64,000 nt of DNA from a candidate division Kazan bacterium RIFCSPHIGHO2_01_FULL_44_14 (GCA_001771185.1 METB01000001.1:503200-567199), one strand, 5' to 3'; positions 39,330-50,085 are shown, counted from the first letter of the stretch. Numbers and translations are program-made. The notes: generated by a model not told the origin, from the sequence alone.

Positions 39330-40019
39330 GTGATTCAGGTGAAAGGAAAGGTGAAGAGACGGTCGATTGCGGAATTGATTGGGATAACTTCGGCGGGTGA
39401 TGCCGAGATCCAATTCGATACCGAAAGAGTCACGCCTAAACGAGAAGGTAAGGTGATTACTTTGCCACTTGCAAATCCTCGGTGTGAGGAATTTTATCCG
39501 CTGGTTGGGGGGAGACAGTTTTTGTACCACAGCAGTAGCGGACAGTTGTGGTTCGGGGGGACGGAAGAAAAACCGTTTCTGGTCGAATTGAATCCGACGG
39601 CGTCTCTGGACTATCTAGGGAGTTATCTCGCGGACGGTGAGGAAGGGTTTTTTGACTTGTTGAGACCTCGGTTTCTTAAGCGGATAGAGTCGGATCTAGG
39701 GATAACTGCCAAACGCCAAGGCGATATTTTTGCGCTCCGGTTGACGGGGGGTTGGGCTGATTCTGAACTGAAGTTCTTTATGCGAGCATTTGAAATGAGT
39801 GTGGGTTCTCCCAAACCACAGGCGGGAAATCATTTCGTGTTCGAGACGCGACACAAACTTCAGGGCGAATATATTCTTATCAAGCTCGGCCAGGGCACTG
39901 ATATCGCTCTGGGGGCTGGAGTGTTGATGAATCCTGACCATACGACGATGCGGCTTGAGGATGGGATTTATTTAATGCAACAGACCGCTGGCTTGATGAA
40001 TCCCAAACAGGCCGATTAG
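39330..40019 (+). CDS. hypothetical protein
   Basis: 229-aa ORF with no recognisable motifs. Confidence 0.45.
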   Translation: MIQVKGKVKRRSIAELIGITSAGDAEIQFDTERVTPKREGKVITLPLANPRCEEFYPLVGGRQFLYHSSSGQLWFGGTEEKPFLVELNPTASLDYLGSYLADGEEGFFDLLRPRFLKRIESDLGITAKRQGDIFALRLTGGWADSELKFFMRAFEMSVGSPKPQAGNHFVFETRHKLQGEYILIKLGQGTDIALGAGVLMNPDHTTMRLEDGIYLMQQTAGLMNPKQAD

Positions 40020-40248
40020 GTTGTACCTTGCGCACCTTAATACCGCTATCCAATTTTGGATAGCGGTATTTTTAAATATCCTTTGGCCCTACCTACCGGC
40101 AATCCCAATTGGTTCGATGGGTCTCGAGAATATCGACATCACATCTCGGGTAGGGTGGAGTGGGGAGCAGAGCCACTTGCCCTTTAGGGTCGGCTTTTGC
40201 CGATGGCTCGATGAGGGGAGAACACACCTCGTGCTCACCTCATAGTGT

Positions 40249-41505
40249 TTACTTCGGCAAATAACTTAACGGGTTCAGAGGCGTTCCATTGTAACGAATT
40301 TCAAAGTGAAGATGAGGACCAGTTGACCGGCCGGTTGAACCCATGATGGCAATCAGTTGTCCTTGTTGGACATAATCACCTGATTTAACTTTGAATTGAC
40401 TCAAATGGCCATAACGGGTAATCCAGCCATTGCCATGATTGATATCAATGTAGTTGCCATAACCGCCCCGAACTGAATAGGTCCGGATAATCCCAGCGGC
40501 GGAAGCATAGATACCCCAGCCATTGAGGCGGTTGAGGTCAAGTGCTCGGTGATAGGTCCGATATCCTTGCGAGATAAAATGGGTCGGCGAAGTGGTTGGC
40601 CAAACAAATTGTCCGGCTGAAGCCGATGGATTGAAGCCGGGCAAACCCTGGATGTTACCAGATGGAACATATTGGCTACCGCTGGATGATTTGGGAGCGA
40701 CCATACCAGGGACCAATAGTTCTTGACCAGAAAAGATTGGAGCGCTGGTGTCTAGGCCATTGTATTTGACGATATCGTCGACATTGACTTTGTAGCGCTT
40801 CGCGATGGTGCTTAAAGTATCATTTTTGTTAACGGTGACATAAATACCGTCAATCGGCGGGATTTTTAACTTTTGTCCAGTCGAAAGTGCATTGCCAGTC
40901 AGTTTGTTGGCGTACTGCAAAGTATCAGGGCTAAGACCAAAATCCCTAGCCACAGACGAGACCGATTCGCCCGGTTTGACTTCGTACATAATAGTTTCGC
41001 GTCTAGCATTGCGGGAAATGATGGTTTCAGTAGCACCAGTTTTGAAGATATAGTCATTGCTGTCACCGACGGTGGTGATAACTTCGTCGTAGACCACATC
41101 TTCGTTGAAATATTCAGTTGAGGCCAATTCGGCAACTGTCCGATAACGGACTTGATTTTGATTGGTCTCACCACCGACCGCAATCATGGCTTGGCGGGGA
41201 GTGAGGCCGGACAAGATTACGGTGATAGCCAGTAAAACGATTGCCCAATGACTGCCGAAACTATTCAACGATCGGTAGATTGGTTTAATGGATAAAGCAG
41301 GGAGAGAGACCCGTTTGATGGCATCGAAACTCAAGCCACGAAGTGACCGACGGGGTTTATGACGAACTTCAACTGGCTTTTTTGAACCAGTTTCCGGACG
41401 CTTAATTGGGTCTCGTCCTATCTTTAACCGTTCCGACAACCGAGTAAAACGAGATGGCTTACCAGTGTTAATGGCTGATGTCTTTAGTGATATAACGGGG
41501 GTCAA
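40249..41505 (-). CDS. LysM-domain M23 family peptidoglycan endopeptidase
   Basis: two LysM repeats; M23 motifs HRALD and GPHLHFEI. Confidence 0.85.
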   Translation of the reverse strand: MTPVISLKTSAINTGKPSRFTRLSERLKIGRDPIKRPETGSKKPVEVRHKPRRSLRGLSFDAIKRVSLPALSIKPIYRSLNSFGSHWAIVLLAITVILSGLTPRQAMIAVGGETNQNQVRYRTVAELASTEYFNEDVVYDEVITTVGDSNDYIFKTGATETIISRNARRETIMYEVKPGESVSSVARDFGLSPDTLQYANKLTGNALSTGQKLKIPPIDGIYVTVNKNDTLSTIAKRYKVNVDDIVKYNGLDTSAPIFSGQELLVPGMVAPKSSSGSQYVPSGNIQGLPGFNPSASAGQFVWPTTSPTHFISQGYRTYHRALDLNRLNGWGIYASAAGIIRTYSVRGGYGNYIDINHGNGWITRYGHLSQFKVKSGDYVQQGQLIAIMGSTGRSTGPHLHFEIRYNGTPLNPLSYLPK

Positions 41506-41636
41506 AAGACCAACCCGAACATAACGAAAAGAGCTACCTTAACAAGTGCTCTAAGACACTTATCACTCTACCATTTTTGGGGCGATTTAGCAAGTCAGAA
41601 AATCACAAAATCACCATATCGCTAAATTGCTATTTT

Positions 41637-42677
41637 CTATCTTGAAATTACCGTTAATCGGACAATCTGATCGAAACGGCTAGTGTTGCCGGCTTGATCA
41701 GTTAGAACTAACGAGATGGAATAAGCGCCTGGTTGGTTGGGAGCAAGCAATGTGCCGGTAAAAATACTTGATTGATTGTGATCGAACAATTCATAAGTTT
41801 TGCCTTCAAATTCGGCAATGACTTTGGTGGTGTTGAGAGAAGCTGGCACAAACAATCCAAAGCTGCTCCCAGCCACTGCTCGGTTGGGGCTGATTCGGAT
41901 ATTACTAGTATCTAGTTTGACTGGCTCGGTTTTGACTGTTACGGTAACGAGATTGCTAATCGGGCTATTAATCCCTAGGTCACTAACTGCTGTGGCTGAC
42001 AATGTGTGTTGGCCATTGTAAAGCGGTTCGGTTAAATGAACCCGGAATTGGCCGTTAGTATCAGTGGTGGTCGTGGTGTTAACCGCGCCGTTATCAGTGA
42101 TGATGATTTTGGTATTCGGCAGACCAGTCCCCGACAGTTCGGGCTTGGGTGTGTCGATGGCACTACCATCGGGCGGGGAAATAATAATTGGTGTAGCGGG
42201 AATAGTAGCGACTGCCAAAGTGATTTTGACAGTTTGTTCTAGGGCTCCGGCTTTAACTAAGATTATTACTTCGCCGGGATTGGTGCCGGCGGTATAGGTA
42301 AATTGATAGGGATTTTCGGTGGTGGGAGTGCGTTGAATCTGACCGTCACCCTGAATGATACTAGCAGTAACGGTTTGGCGGAGATGGATCAGAGTAGCAG
42401 TAATTGTGGTCTGGCTTTGCCCATCAGCCGGCAAGGTGGTCCGATCAACTTTGACCAGCAAGTTAAATCCGAATAACCGAGTGGTAAATTGACTGATTCG
42501 GTAAAACATCTGGCGACCATTGACTCCGCTTTGATTTAATCCCCAAATTGATCCGCCGATAATAATGATTACCGCTAGACCAATAGCAGAATAAAGTAGA
42601 AAACCAAATTGTGGGCGGGGCGGTTTGGCTGTAGACATAACGCTCATATTGTAGCGGTATTGGTTGGATTGAAGCAA
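41637..42677 (-). CDS. hypothetical membrane-anchored protein with Ig-like beta-rich domains
   Basis: N-terminal TM helix; T/V-rich repetitive beta-strand pattern. Confidence 0.45.
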   Translation of the reverse strand: MLQSNQYRYNMSVMSTAKPPRPQFGFLLYSAIGLAVIIIIGGSIWGLNQSGVNGRQMFYRISQFTTRLFGFNLLVKVDRTTLPADGQSQTTITATLIHLRQTVTASIIQGDGQIQRTPTTENPYQFTYTAGTNPGEVIILVKAGALEQTVKITLAVATIPATPIIISPPDGSAIDTPKPELSGTGLPNTKIIITDNGAVNTTTTTDTNGQFRVHLTEPLYNGQHTLSATAVSDLGINSPISNLVTVTVKTEPVKLDTSNIRISPNRAVAGSSFGLFVPASLNTTKVIAEFEGKTYELFDHNQSSIFTGTLLAPNQPGAYSISLVLTDQAGNTSRFDQIVRLTVISR

Positions 42678-42714
42678 TTTATGTTGGCCTAATCTGTTTT
42701 GTGCTATATTAGGA

Positions 42715-44169
42715 ATGCATATAACAGGTCTTAATTATTTTTTGAATATGGTCAGGATTAAAGATGAGTCATCAGGTCGTCCGGTTAAAGTAACTAAGCG
42801 TGAACCAATCCGGCGTGAGTCGGTTGAGTCGGAAGTACCGGCCGGGGCTAGTCGGTTGAGACGGTCCCACCGCGGTCGGGGTGCCCGTCGGGCAATTTTT
42901 ACTACTGTGTTGGTAGTTCTGTTGTTGGGAGTAGGTTGGTTTACGGCTCGGGCAGCCATTGTTGGCTTAGGATTAGACACTAGTAACAGTTTCTTAGCGA
43001 GTTTGTTTAATATTAAGACCGCTAAGTTAATCGGCGAAGAAGATGGCCAGGTTAACTTTATGCTGTTTGGTAATCCGGGTGGGACTGATAATGATGGCCC
43101 AGATTTGACCGACACGATTATGTTGGCCAGTTATAATACGACCACACAGTATCTGCATCTCTTTTCCTTACCGCGTGATTTGTATGTCAATTTAGACGGT
43201 TATGGCATGACTAAAGCCAATGCGGTGTTTGAATTAGGTGATTCCAAATTTAGTGATGGTCCAGGTACGGCGATGAAGACCTTCGGTGATTTGTTGGGAG
43301 TAACAGTACCGTATTATGTGAAGATTGATTTCGACGGTTTCAAGCAGGTGGTGGATGAGTTGGGCGGAGTGACGGTGGAGGTGAAGAAAGACCTGTTCGA
43401 TACTCAATATCCAGACGGGAATAAAGGATATGCGACAGTTGATATCAAAGTCGGGACTTACACGATGGATGGCGAAATGGCGCTGAAATATGCGCGGTCG
43501 CGTCAAAGCACATCCGACTTTGATCGGGCTCGTCGTCAACAGCAGATCTTGGTGGCGTTGCGAGACAAGGCCAAAGATTTGGATTTGTTATCGTCACCGA
43601 CCAAACTCTTGGACATTGCCGAAATCGTTAAAGATCATTTCTCGAGCAACTTAACCAGTTCAGAAATGAGTCGGTTGCTTCAACTGTTGTCTGACTTTGA
43701 TAGTACTAAGATCACTAACAAAGTATTTGACGACAGCGCTACTGGTGGTTTGTATGCCACCAAAGTTGATGGAGCGTTTGTATTGAAACCAGTGGATGAT
43801 GACTACACCAAATTGCAAAATACGGTGGAGACAATTTTGAACCAAGCTGCGCCGAGCAATGATCAGCCGGTGGAAGATGCCGTCACCACGCCATTAAAAG
43901 TGGAAGTATTGAATGGTACTAATGTGACTGGTTTAGCGGGTAAGACGGCCGAAAAAGTTAAGACCGGTGGATTTAATGTGGTTAAGACCGGCAACAATGT
44001 CACTAAGGGTTTTGCTGATTCGGTGATTTATGACGGCACCGGGGGAACACGACCTAATGCAATTCGGCAACTAATCGAGCTGACCGGTGCAACTTTGAGC
44101 ACCGAAACGGTCACGCTGTCTTCGGGGGCTGAAGTGCGATTGGTCGTGGGCGAGTCAGCCAACAAGTAA
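42715..44169 (+). CDS. LytR-CpsA-Psr (LCP) family protein
   Basis: N-terminal TM helix; LCP core (NFMLFG...DTIMLASYN...LFSLPRDLYV); C-terminal LytR_C-like region. Confidence 0.8.
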   Translation: MHITGLNYFLNMVRIKDESSGRPVKVTKREPIRRESVESEVPAGASRLRRSHRGRGARRAIFTTVLVVLLLGVGWFTARAAIVGLGLDTSNSFLASLFNIKTAKLIGEEDGQVNFMLFGNPGGTDNDGPDLTDTIMLASYNTTTQYLHLFSLPRDLYVNLDGYGMTKANAVFELGDSKFSDGPGTAMKTFGDLLGVTVPYYVKIDFDGFKQVVDELGGVTVEVKKDLFDTQYPDGNKGYATVDIKVGTYTMDGEMALKYARSRQSTSDFDRARRQQQILVALRDKAKDLDLLSSPTKLLDIAEIVKDHFSSNLTSSEMSRLLQLLSDFDSTKITNKVFDDSATGGLYATKVDGAFVLKPVDDDYTKLQNTVETILNQAAPSNDQPVEDAVTTPLKVEVLNGTNVTGLAGKTAEKVKTGGFNVVKTGNNVTKGFADSVIYDGTGGTRPNAIRQLIELTGATLSTETVTLSSGAEVRLVVGESANK

Positions 44170-44177
44170 TTGTCCCC

Positions 44178-44963
44178 ATGCAAAAAATCGGTCCCTGGTT
44201 TTGGAATAATCGTAAAAGTTTAATTACCACGGCGCTCTTCGGGGCGCTGTTGGAATTGTTGTTTATTTTTCCGACCTATTTGGTTTGGTGGGTGGTGGGA
44301 CTGGCAATTATTTTGACAATGGGAGTGTGGTGGTTAGCAGGTTTTGGCCGTGACATCCAGAAATGGTGGTGGCTATGGGCGGAAAGTATTTGGGTCACGG
44401 CTGGTGGGATTGGTTTGGTGATTTTCAGTTTGTTGAATATTTGGCAGTTTCAAATCGTGACGTTGCTAATCTTGCTGGTGATGTTCGGAATCTTTAAATT
44501 TTATAATCAGTATTTTCAGGACAATACCTGGCCAGTTCGGTCATTTTCGTTGTTAAGCTTTCTGAACCTAGTCGCTTTTTTTGCGACTGGCGCTAGTTGG
44601 CTGATGGCAGCCGAGTTTTATAACTTGGATTCTGGCTGGTTGATGTTGGGATATTTAGCCCAAGTAGTTTTGGCAATCAATTTGCGGTTCTGGCGAGAAG
44701 GGGTAATGAGTGTCAGACGGTGGTTTTATATTCTAGTAACTGCCCTGGTATTAGAAGAAGCCCTGTGGGTAATTAGTTCCTGGCACAGGGGAGTGTATCT
44801 GAAGGCCTTTTTACTGGCGATGATTTTTTATGTGTTTATGGATTTCATTCTTCACTACAGTCGAGGGACGCTGACAGTTAAGGTGGTGGTGGAATATGCT
44901 AGTTTGATCGCTTTTCTGTTGGTAACCATCTTTGTGTTTGACTGGCTGTTAATTCTGCAGTAA
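44178..44963 (+). CDS. hypothetical polytopic membrane protein
   Basis: 7-8 TM helices, W-rich. Confidence 0.45.
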   Translation: MQKIGPWFWNNRKSLITTALFGALLELLFIFPTYLVWWVVGLAIILTMGVWWLAGFGRDIQKWWWLWAESIWVTAGGIGLVIFSLLNIWQFQIVTLLILLVMFGIFKFYNQYFQDNTWPVRSFSLLSFLNLVAFFATGASWLMAAEFYNLDSGWLMLGYLAQVVLAINLRFWREGVMSVRRWFYILVTALVLEEALWVISSWHRGVYLKAFLLAMIFYVFMDFILHYSRGTLTVKVVVEYASLIAFLLVTIFVFDWLLILQ

Positions 44964-45047
44964 TAAATAGGGCAGGATGTACGGAGTAGAAGGTGGTCCC
45001 TCGGTTCCTCGGGATAAAATTAATAAATTAATTTATAGAGGGAGGTT

Positions 45048-46184
45048 ATGAAGCAGATTAATTGGAAGCAATTGGGTCTATTAACAATTGCCGGGGCAAT
45101 TGGCGGGGGATTAACCTTATCAGGATGGCTTTGGTTGGGTCCTAAGACGGTTGGCCAATCAGGAGGGCCGGTTACCTCCGACAGCACAGTTCAGCCGGGA
45201 GATAATGGTGGGACGCTGACTCAAACTTCTTCGACGGTAGAAAGTGCAGTTAAGAAAGTTTTGCCTTCGGTGGTGTCGATTACAAGCCAGGATAAAGTTC
45301 AGGGCTTCTTTGGTGGAACTTATAATCAGACCGGTGGTGGTTCAGGATTTGTAGTGCGTAAAGACGGTTTGATTGTGACTAATAAACATGTAGTTAGTAG
45401 TACAACTGCAACTTATACTGTGACAATTTCGACTGGTAAAACCTATTCGGCTCAAGTTGTATCGCGTGATCCAGCGGCGGACTTGGCGCTAGTGAAAATT
45501 AATGTCAGCAATTTAATCGTCGTGACTCTGGGTGATTCTAGTAAATTATCGTTAGGTCAAAATGTAGTAGCAATTGGAAATACTTTGGGTGAGTATCAAA
45601 ATACGGTTACGACTGGAGTAATTAGCGGTTTAAACCGAACCATTACGGCGGGTGATGGTTATGGTTCTAGTGAAACGCTAAGTAATGTGATTCAGACCGA
45701 TGCGGCGATTAACCCGGGTAATTCAGGTGGCCCATTGATCAACCTAAACGGCGAAGTAGTCGGAATTAATACTGCAGTTGACTCCCAAGGGCAGTCGGTT
45801 GGGTTCGCGATTCCAATTAATAGCGTTAAAAGTCAAATTCAAGTAGTAGCGGCGGGCGGAACTATCTCTCGCCCGCAGTTGGGGGTGCGGTATGTACCAG
45901 TAACAGCTGATATGGCTAAAGAAAATAAGTTGAGCGCTAGCGAAGGAGCGTTGGTAACCCACGGGAGTGGGATTAGTGATGTGGCGGTTACGGTGGGTGG
46001 GCCGGCGGATTTAGCCGGGGTTAGAGAAGGGGATATTATTATTTCGGTTAATGGTGAAAAAGTAACAGAAACAAATGATTTAGGTGGGATTGTGCAAAAG
46101 TTTCAGCCGGGTGATTCGATTACAGTTAGATTGAATCGGCAAGGACAAGTTAAAACCGTGACGGTTAGGTTAGGGAAGATGTAG
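45048..46184 (+). CDS. htrA: HtrA/DegP-family serine protease with PDZ domain
   Basis: GNSGGPLIN catalytic serine motif; trypsin-like His (TNKHVV); C-terminal PDZ. Confidence 0.9.
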   Translation: MKQINWKQLGLLTIAGAIGGGLTLSGWLWLGPKTVGQSGGPVTSDSTVQPGDNGGTLTQTSSTVESAVKKVLPSVVSITSQDKVQGFFGGTYNQTGGGSGFVVRKDGLIVTNKHVVSSTTATYTVTISTGKTYSAQVVSRDPAADLALVKINVSNLIVVTLGDSSKLSLGQNVVAIGNTLGEYQNTVTTGVISGLNRTITAGDGYGSSETLSNVIQTDAAINPGNSGGPLINLNGEVVGINTAVDSQGQSVGFAIPINSVKSQIQVVAAGGTISRPQLGVRYVPVTADMAKENKLSASEGALVTHGSGISDVAVTVGGPADLAGVREGDIIISVNGEKVTETNDLGGIVQKFQPGDSITVRLNRQGQVKTVTVRLGKM

Positions 46185-46259
46185 TTTTTTTGGTGTTGAT
46201 TTCTTATCACCCCGAGGGACAAGCATCGTCCCGACGAACGGAGGGGAGGGTTTTTTTAT

Positions 46260-46520
46260 ATGTCTTAATTTGTTTTCCCGAATCCGCCAGCTGGCGGACT
46301 GAGGGAATACACTTTTCTTATCCGTCATTCTGGCTCCCGCCTGCAACGATGTAGCATCTTCGGGTAGGTGACCAGAATCTTTTTCTTTCCAAGGGTCTAC
46401 GCCACCCTTGATGGGCGGTTACTTTCGTCTTGGCGAAAGTAACCAAAGCCGTGGCCCGCTCACCAATTCAGTTGCCACAAACCAAAATCACCCTTTCTGG
46501 ATTTAACCGCAAACTTGCTA
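46260..46520. repeat. Cluster of small palindromic repeats (ccgccagctggcgga palindrome, a cgtcattctggct hairpin element, a partial family A copy, and a family B tail)
   Basis: motifs are shared with 52885-52960, 62758-62810, 53445-53520 and 63950-64000. Confidence 0.65.
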
Positions 46521-46608
46521 CGCTCAAACATGCTTATCCAGACCGGGCGATTTTGCTACTGGCAATCTGAATTGCTTCGAAGGGCCAATAAAAAGAGGCA
46601 GAGAAAAA

Positions 46609-46627
46609 GACCCCCGGAGGGGGTCTT
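46609..46627 (-). terminator. Rho-independent terminator hairpin agacccccggagggggtct with a T-run on the minus strand
   Basis: immediately downstream of the minus-strand gene ending at 46647. Confidence 0.6.
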
Positions 46628-46646
46628 TAATGTATCGTTCCGCCAG

Positions 46647-47030
46647 TTATATCCGGGTGAGACTACAGGCGGTGTCCATGATCTCCCCGGTCGATACCAG
46701 AGTCCACTTACCTAACCATTGCCAGCCATCTTTGGCGGCGGGGCTGTCGGTTGGGGTAGGAGAATACTCGTAGAGGTACCCACCCTCGTCAAAAGACGTT
46801 GCGTCAAGGCACAGACGTCCGACTAGGGGAACTTCTTTGTATCCTTTTTTGAAATGGAGATGATCGTCCATGAGTATTCCCTTGATGGCACCAGACCCAT
46901 AACGATCCGTTACTGTTCCCTGGAAGTTACCCTCTTCGTCCGTTTCGATTTCCCCTTCAAACCTACTGCCACCTAGACAGTCGGCATAGATACCGGTAAC
47001 CCGATATTTCATTACAACTACCTCCTTCAA
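46647..47030 (-). CDS. hypothetical protein
   Basis: 127-aa ORF followed by a terminator. Confidence 0.45.
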   Translation of the reverse strand: MKEVVVMKYRVTGIYADCLGGSRFEGEIETDEEGNFQGTVTDRYGSGAIKGILMDDHLHFKKGYKEVPLVGRLCLDATSFDEGGYLYEYSPTPTDSPAAKDGWQWLGKWTLVSTGEIMDTACSLTRI

Positions 47031-47089
47031 AGTTCAATTGGACGCTTCAATGTACATCTAAAATCTTTGGTTGTCTAGCGACTATCTTT

Positions 47090-47230
47090 TTCGTCATTCC
47101 CGCGGAGGCGGGAATCTAGAAAGGATAATAAAAAATCTTTTTCTGTTCTTGGTGGACAGGATGGATCCCCGATGTCGGAGTGCTAATGCTTCCGACTCGA
47201 GGGTGACCATTCAACTGTATTCATGGTCAT
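47090..47230. repeat. cgtcattcccgcggaggcgggaatc hairpin element plus a flanking segment
   Basis: member of the gtcatYc-hairpin repeat family. Confidence 0.55.
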
Positions 47231-47281
47231 CTAAAACCCTCCGTCAGCTGACGGAGGGTTTTAGTAATAATCAAATTGAGA

Positions 47282-47977
47282 TTATCGCTTGTGGCCGACT
47301 TCTTTGCGAAGATCGTCCAAAGTTTCAGAGGCAGCTTTCTGTCCACCCAGCCCAAAGGCAAGACCGCCAGCCAACGCAATCATAAAGAAGAGCGCGGTAA
47401 TAAGCCGGTCGATGATGGAAGCAGCAATCCCCAACTGATTTAAGGCGACCAAAATAGTGAAGATGTAAATCGTCCACTTGGTCATTGCGCCCAAGAAATG
47501 AGCGGCCTTAACCCGAGCGGCACCAATAGTACCGCGAACCACGCCTGCGAAGAAGTGAGCGGAAAGCGTACCAATCAGCAGGATGGCGATAGCCACGAAG
47601 ACATTCGGGACATACATCAAGATCTGATTCAAGAAATCAGTTACCTTAGACAGACCCAAAATGTCGGAAGCGGCCAAGAAAGCAATCAACAAAATAGTCC
47701 AACGGACTAAGTTGCCGACTACTTCTGACACATCCAAATCAACGCCTGACTTATCAAAGAAGGTCTTAGCGCCGATTTTATTCAGAGCACCGTCAATTTT
47801 CAGTTGCTTAAGAATTTGAGTAACCAACCGATCCAATCCAGCTGCTACAATCCATCCTACAATCAAGATGATGGCTGCACCAACTAAAGCAGGCAGAAAC
47901 AGCAAAAAGCGTCCCCAAATATCCTGCAAAGGATTGAGAACTGCGTTACCCCAAACAGTAAAAAGATTATCCGTCAT
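47282..47977 (-). CDS. Membrane protein with conserved TM-helix repeats (MscS-associated family?)
   Basis: six TM helices and a repeated AxxxG-rich helix pattern; functional call is tentative. Confidence 0.45.
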   Translation of the reverse strand: MTDNLFTVWGNAVLNPLQDIWGRFLLFLPALVGAAIILIVGWIVAAGLDRLVTQILKQLKIDGALNKIGAKTFFDKSGVDLDVSEVVGNLVRWTILLIAFLAASDILGLSKVTDFLNQILMYVPNVFVAIAILLIGTLSAHFFAGVVRGTIGAARVKAAHFLGAMTKWTIYIFTILVALNQLGIAASIIDRLITALFFMIALAGGLAFGLGGQKAASETLDDLRKEVGHKR

Positions 47978-48201
47978 TACAATTCCCTTTGTTTAGTTTA
48001 TATATACGCGTATAGATAAATCCTATTTGTTTTTCGACCCTATTATCAAAGGACTGCCGTCGCTTTGATACTCGCATTATAACCAAAAAGTCCCCAAATC
48101 GCTAGTCCGCAAAGCTACCCAGCCCGCATGTTGTAGCACTATGGGCGGACGATTAGCGTTGCTGGCGGGCTAGTGAGCCATTTGGAGATGGATAAGAAAA
48201 A

Positions 48202-48232
48202 AGCCCTGATGTTTTAAATCAGGGCTTTTTTG
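48202..48232. terminator. Bidirectional terminator aagccctgat-gttttaa-atcagggctt flanked by A-runs and T-runs
   Basis: 10-bp stem. Confidence 0.6.
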
Positions 48233-48236
48233 GTGG

Positions 48237-48758
48237 TTAAACACTGGCGACCAAACATACCGACGACTGTAGGTTTTTGTTTTCATATTTGTCCAGAGTG
48301 AGGCACTTAGGTCCTTTTATGAGATCCTCATAGACAATCACGAAACTACGATTTTTTGCTGTGGTGATTTTGACAGTATCTCCCAGGTGAATAATTACAA
48401 GGCTGTCTTCTCCGTTGCTTGGGTCGCTCGTCGACACAAGGCACTCGGGAACGCCCTTGCCCGCCACGACCCTCCCTGGTGTACCCATTCCACCTGCGTG
48501 GATGCGCACTAAGATGCGCTTGTCTTGTCTAGGCCCGGGATTCTGAAGAATCCAGTATGTTTTCGGACCAGTCGAAAAAGATGTTGGGCAGGCGCCGTAG
48601 ACGATTGATCCATCCCTGAATGTGTCAGGGGGGTTGTTTCGGCAGAGTTTCACTCTGCTACTACCGTTGCCAAGCCGTATAACTTGTCCTAGATCTTTGT
48701 CGGCGGAGATGGCAATCCCTCTGTTCAAGACACCAAGAATAAAAGTGAAACACAACAT
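48237..48758 (-). CDS. hypothetical secreted protein
   Basis: N-terminal signal peptide MLCFTFILGVLNRGIAISA. Confidence 0.45.
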   Translation of the reverse strand: MLCFTFILGVLNRGIAISADKDLGQVIRLGNGSSRVKLCRNNPPDTFRDGSIVYGACPTSFSTGPKTYWILQNPGPRQDKRILVRIHAGGMGTPGRVVAGKGVPECLVSTSDPSNGEDSLVIIHLGDTVKITTAKNRSFVIVYEDLIKGPKCLTLDKYENKNLQSSVCLVASV

Positions 48759-49078
48759 GATATTCCCCCTTGTTCTGCTAAGGGCTTAAATTTATCAGGT
48801 GTCAAACTCCTGATAGGCCCCGGACAGTACATCTGTCAAAGAACGCCCCTATCCTACCTGATTTACGGGTGGTTGTCAAGTAATAATGGGCTCTGGGAGC
48901 CACTTATATCTGGTGCCCTAGGAGAGACTTCCACCGTCGTTCAATTCTGCTGTACAGCAGAATATCACTTATGAGCGGACCTTGCTTCTCGTCCTTTCAT
49001 ATCTACAATAACAAAACAGAGCCAAATGGCTCAGTTTCGTTATGGTGGGCCAGCCCGCATTGCTACGCAAAGCGTTGC

Positions 49079-49163
49079 TGGTGGGCGCGAGAGGACTCGA
49101 ACCTCCACGGATTGCTCCACTAGCTCCTAAAGCTAGCGTGTATACCAATTTCACCACGCGCCC
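49079..49163 (-). tRNA. tRNA-Leu (anticodon UAG) with a long variable arm
   Basis: cloverleaf; acceptor gggcgcg; anticodon loop tttagga; ~13-nt variable arm; encoded CCA. Confidence 0.8.
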
Positions 49164-49169
49164 TCGTCG

Positions 49170-49335
49170 CAACGTCATTCCCGCACCCGTCCGCAACGAT
49201 TCGCCAGCCCGTAGTGGATACAACATTTCTGGCGGGCGTAGCGATTCGGGCAGGAAGGCGGGAATCCAGAAAGAAAAATAAAAAACTTTTTCCTGTTTCT
49301 GTCTGGATCCCGGCCTTCGCCGGGATGACAAGATA
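49170..49335. repeat. Family A repeat (49186..49267, near-identical to 22231..22312) flanked by gtcattcccgc...gcgggaatcc and gtcatcccggcgaaggccgggatcc hairpin elements, directly upstream of tRNA-Leu
   Basis: a short family A relative (ccagcccgcattgctacgcaaagcgttgctggtggg, 49049..49084) also lies on the other side of the tRNA. Confidence 0.75.
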
Positions 49336-49344
49336 AAATTATTT

Positions 49345-50085
49345 TCAAACAGTCACTAAATCTTTCAACTGTCCAAAGATACTGTCGCCAATTCCTGGCA
49401 CATCCATCAAACCATCAATACTCTTAAATGGTCCTGAAAGCAAGCGATAGTCAATAATTCGTTGAGCCAGTACCGGTCCAATCCCGGGTAATAATTCCAA
49501 CTCGCTACTTTCAGCTGAGTTGATATTTATTTTAGTACCACTTTCTGAAGTGATATTGGTGGCTGGAACATTGGAGTTGCTGGGTGGTACATAACTTTCG
49601 CCGATTTTAGGAATATAAATTTTACCATGGTTGGTCAGTTCTTGGGCGCGATTAATTGAATGGGCAATTGCGTCTAAATCGGCTCGACGACTGAATCCGC
49701 CGGCCGAGTTGATGGCGTCTTCGACAATTTTTCCAGCGTCCAACCAATAGACGCCAGGTTTAATTACGGCTCCAGCAATATCAACTACCAGTTTGCCGTT
49801 GGTGGGGTTGGCGGTTTCTGAATTGGCAATCGACTCTATCTCGCCAGCAGTTTTAATATCTGGTCCTGCTAAAGTACTTCTGGGTGGCGTTAGCATTAAA
49901 TACACACCCAAACTCAATATCAACAGTAAACCGCCGAAAATGTAGTAGCGGTATTTTTCAAAGAAATCTGATTCTGGGGGATCAGGCGTGAGTGTAAAAG
50001 GTGAGAGCGGTGTCTCCATAGCGTTTATTGTTCCAAATCCGAAGATTTGGATTCTGGGGCGGTTCTTTATCACTACTGTGTTCAA
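49345..50085 (-). CDS. comEA: ComEA-like DNA-binding protein (helix-hairpin-helix)
   Basis: C-terminal tandem HhH (LELLPGIGPVLAQRII...LMDVPGIGDSIFGQL); N-terminal TM helix. The annotated start overlaps rsmD, so the true start is probably downstream. Confidence 0.7.
   Translation of the reverse strand: MNTVVIKNRPRIQIFGFGTINAMETPLSPFTLTPDPPESDFFEKYRYYIFGGLLLILSLGVYLMLTPPRSTLAGPDIKTAGEIESIANSETANPTNGKLVVDIAGAVIKPGVYWLDAGKIVEDAINSAGGFSRRADLDAIAHSINRAQELTNHGKIYIPKIGESYVPPSNSNVPATNITSESGTKININSAESSELELLPGIGPVLAQRIIDYRLLSGPFKSIDGLMDVPGIGDSIFGQLKDLVTV

Noticed and set aside
48969-49331. ORFs 48969..49331 (minus) and 49042..49281 (plus)
   Set aside because: They overlap tRNA-Leu and family A repeats. 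Their translations are those of repeat DNA; the same VRNDSPARSGYNISGGRSDSGRK peptide also appears at 22207.
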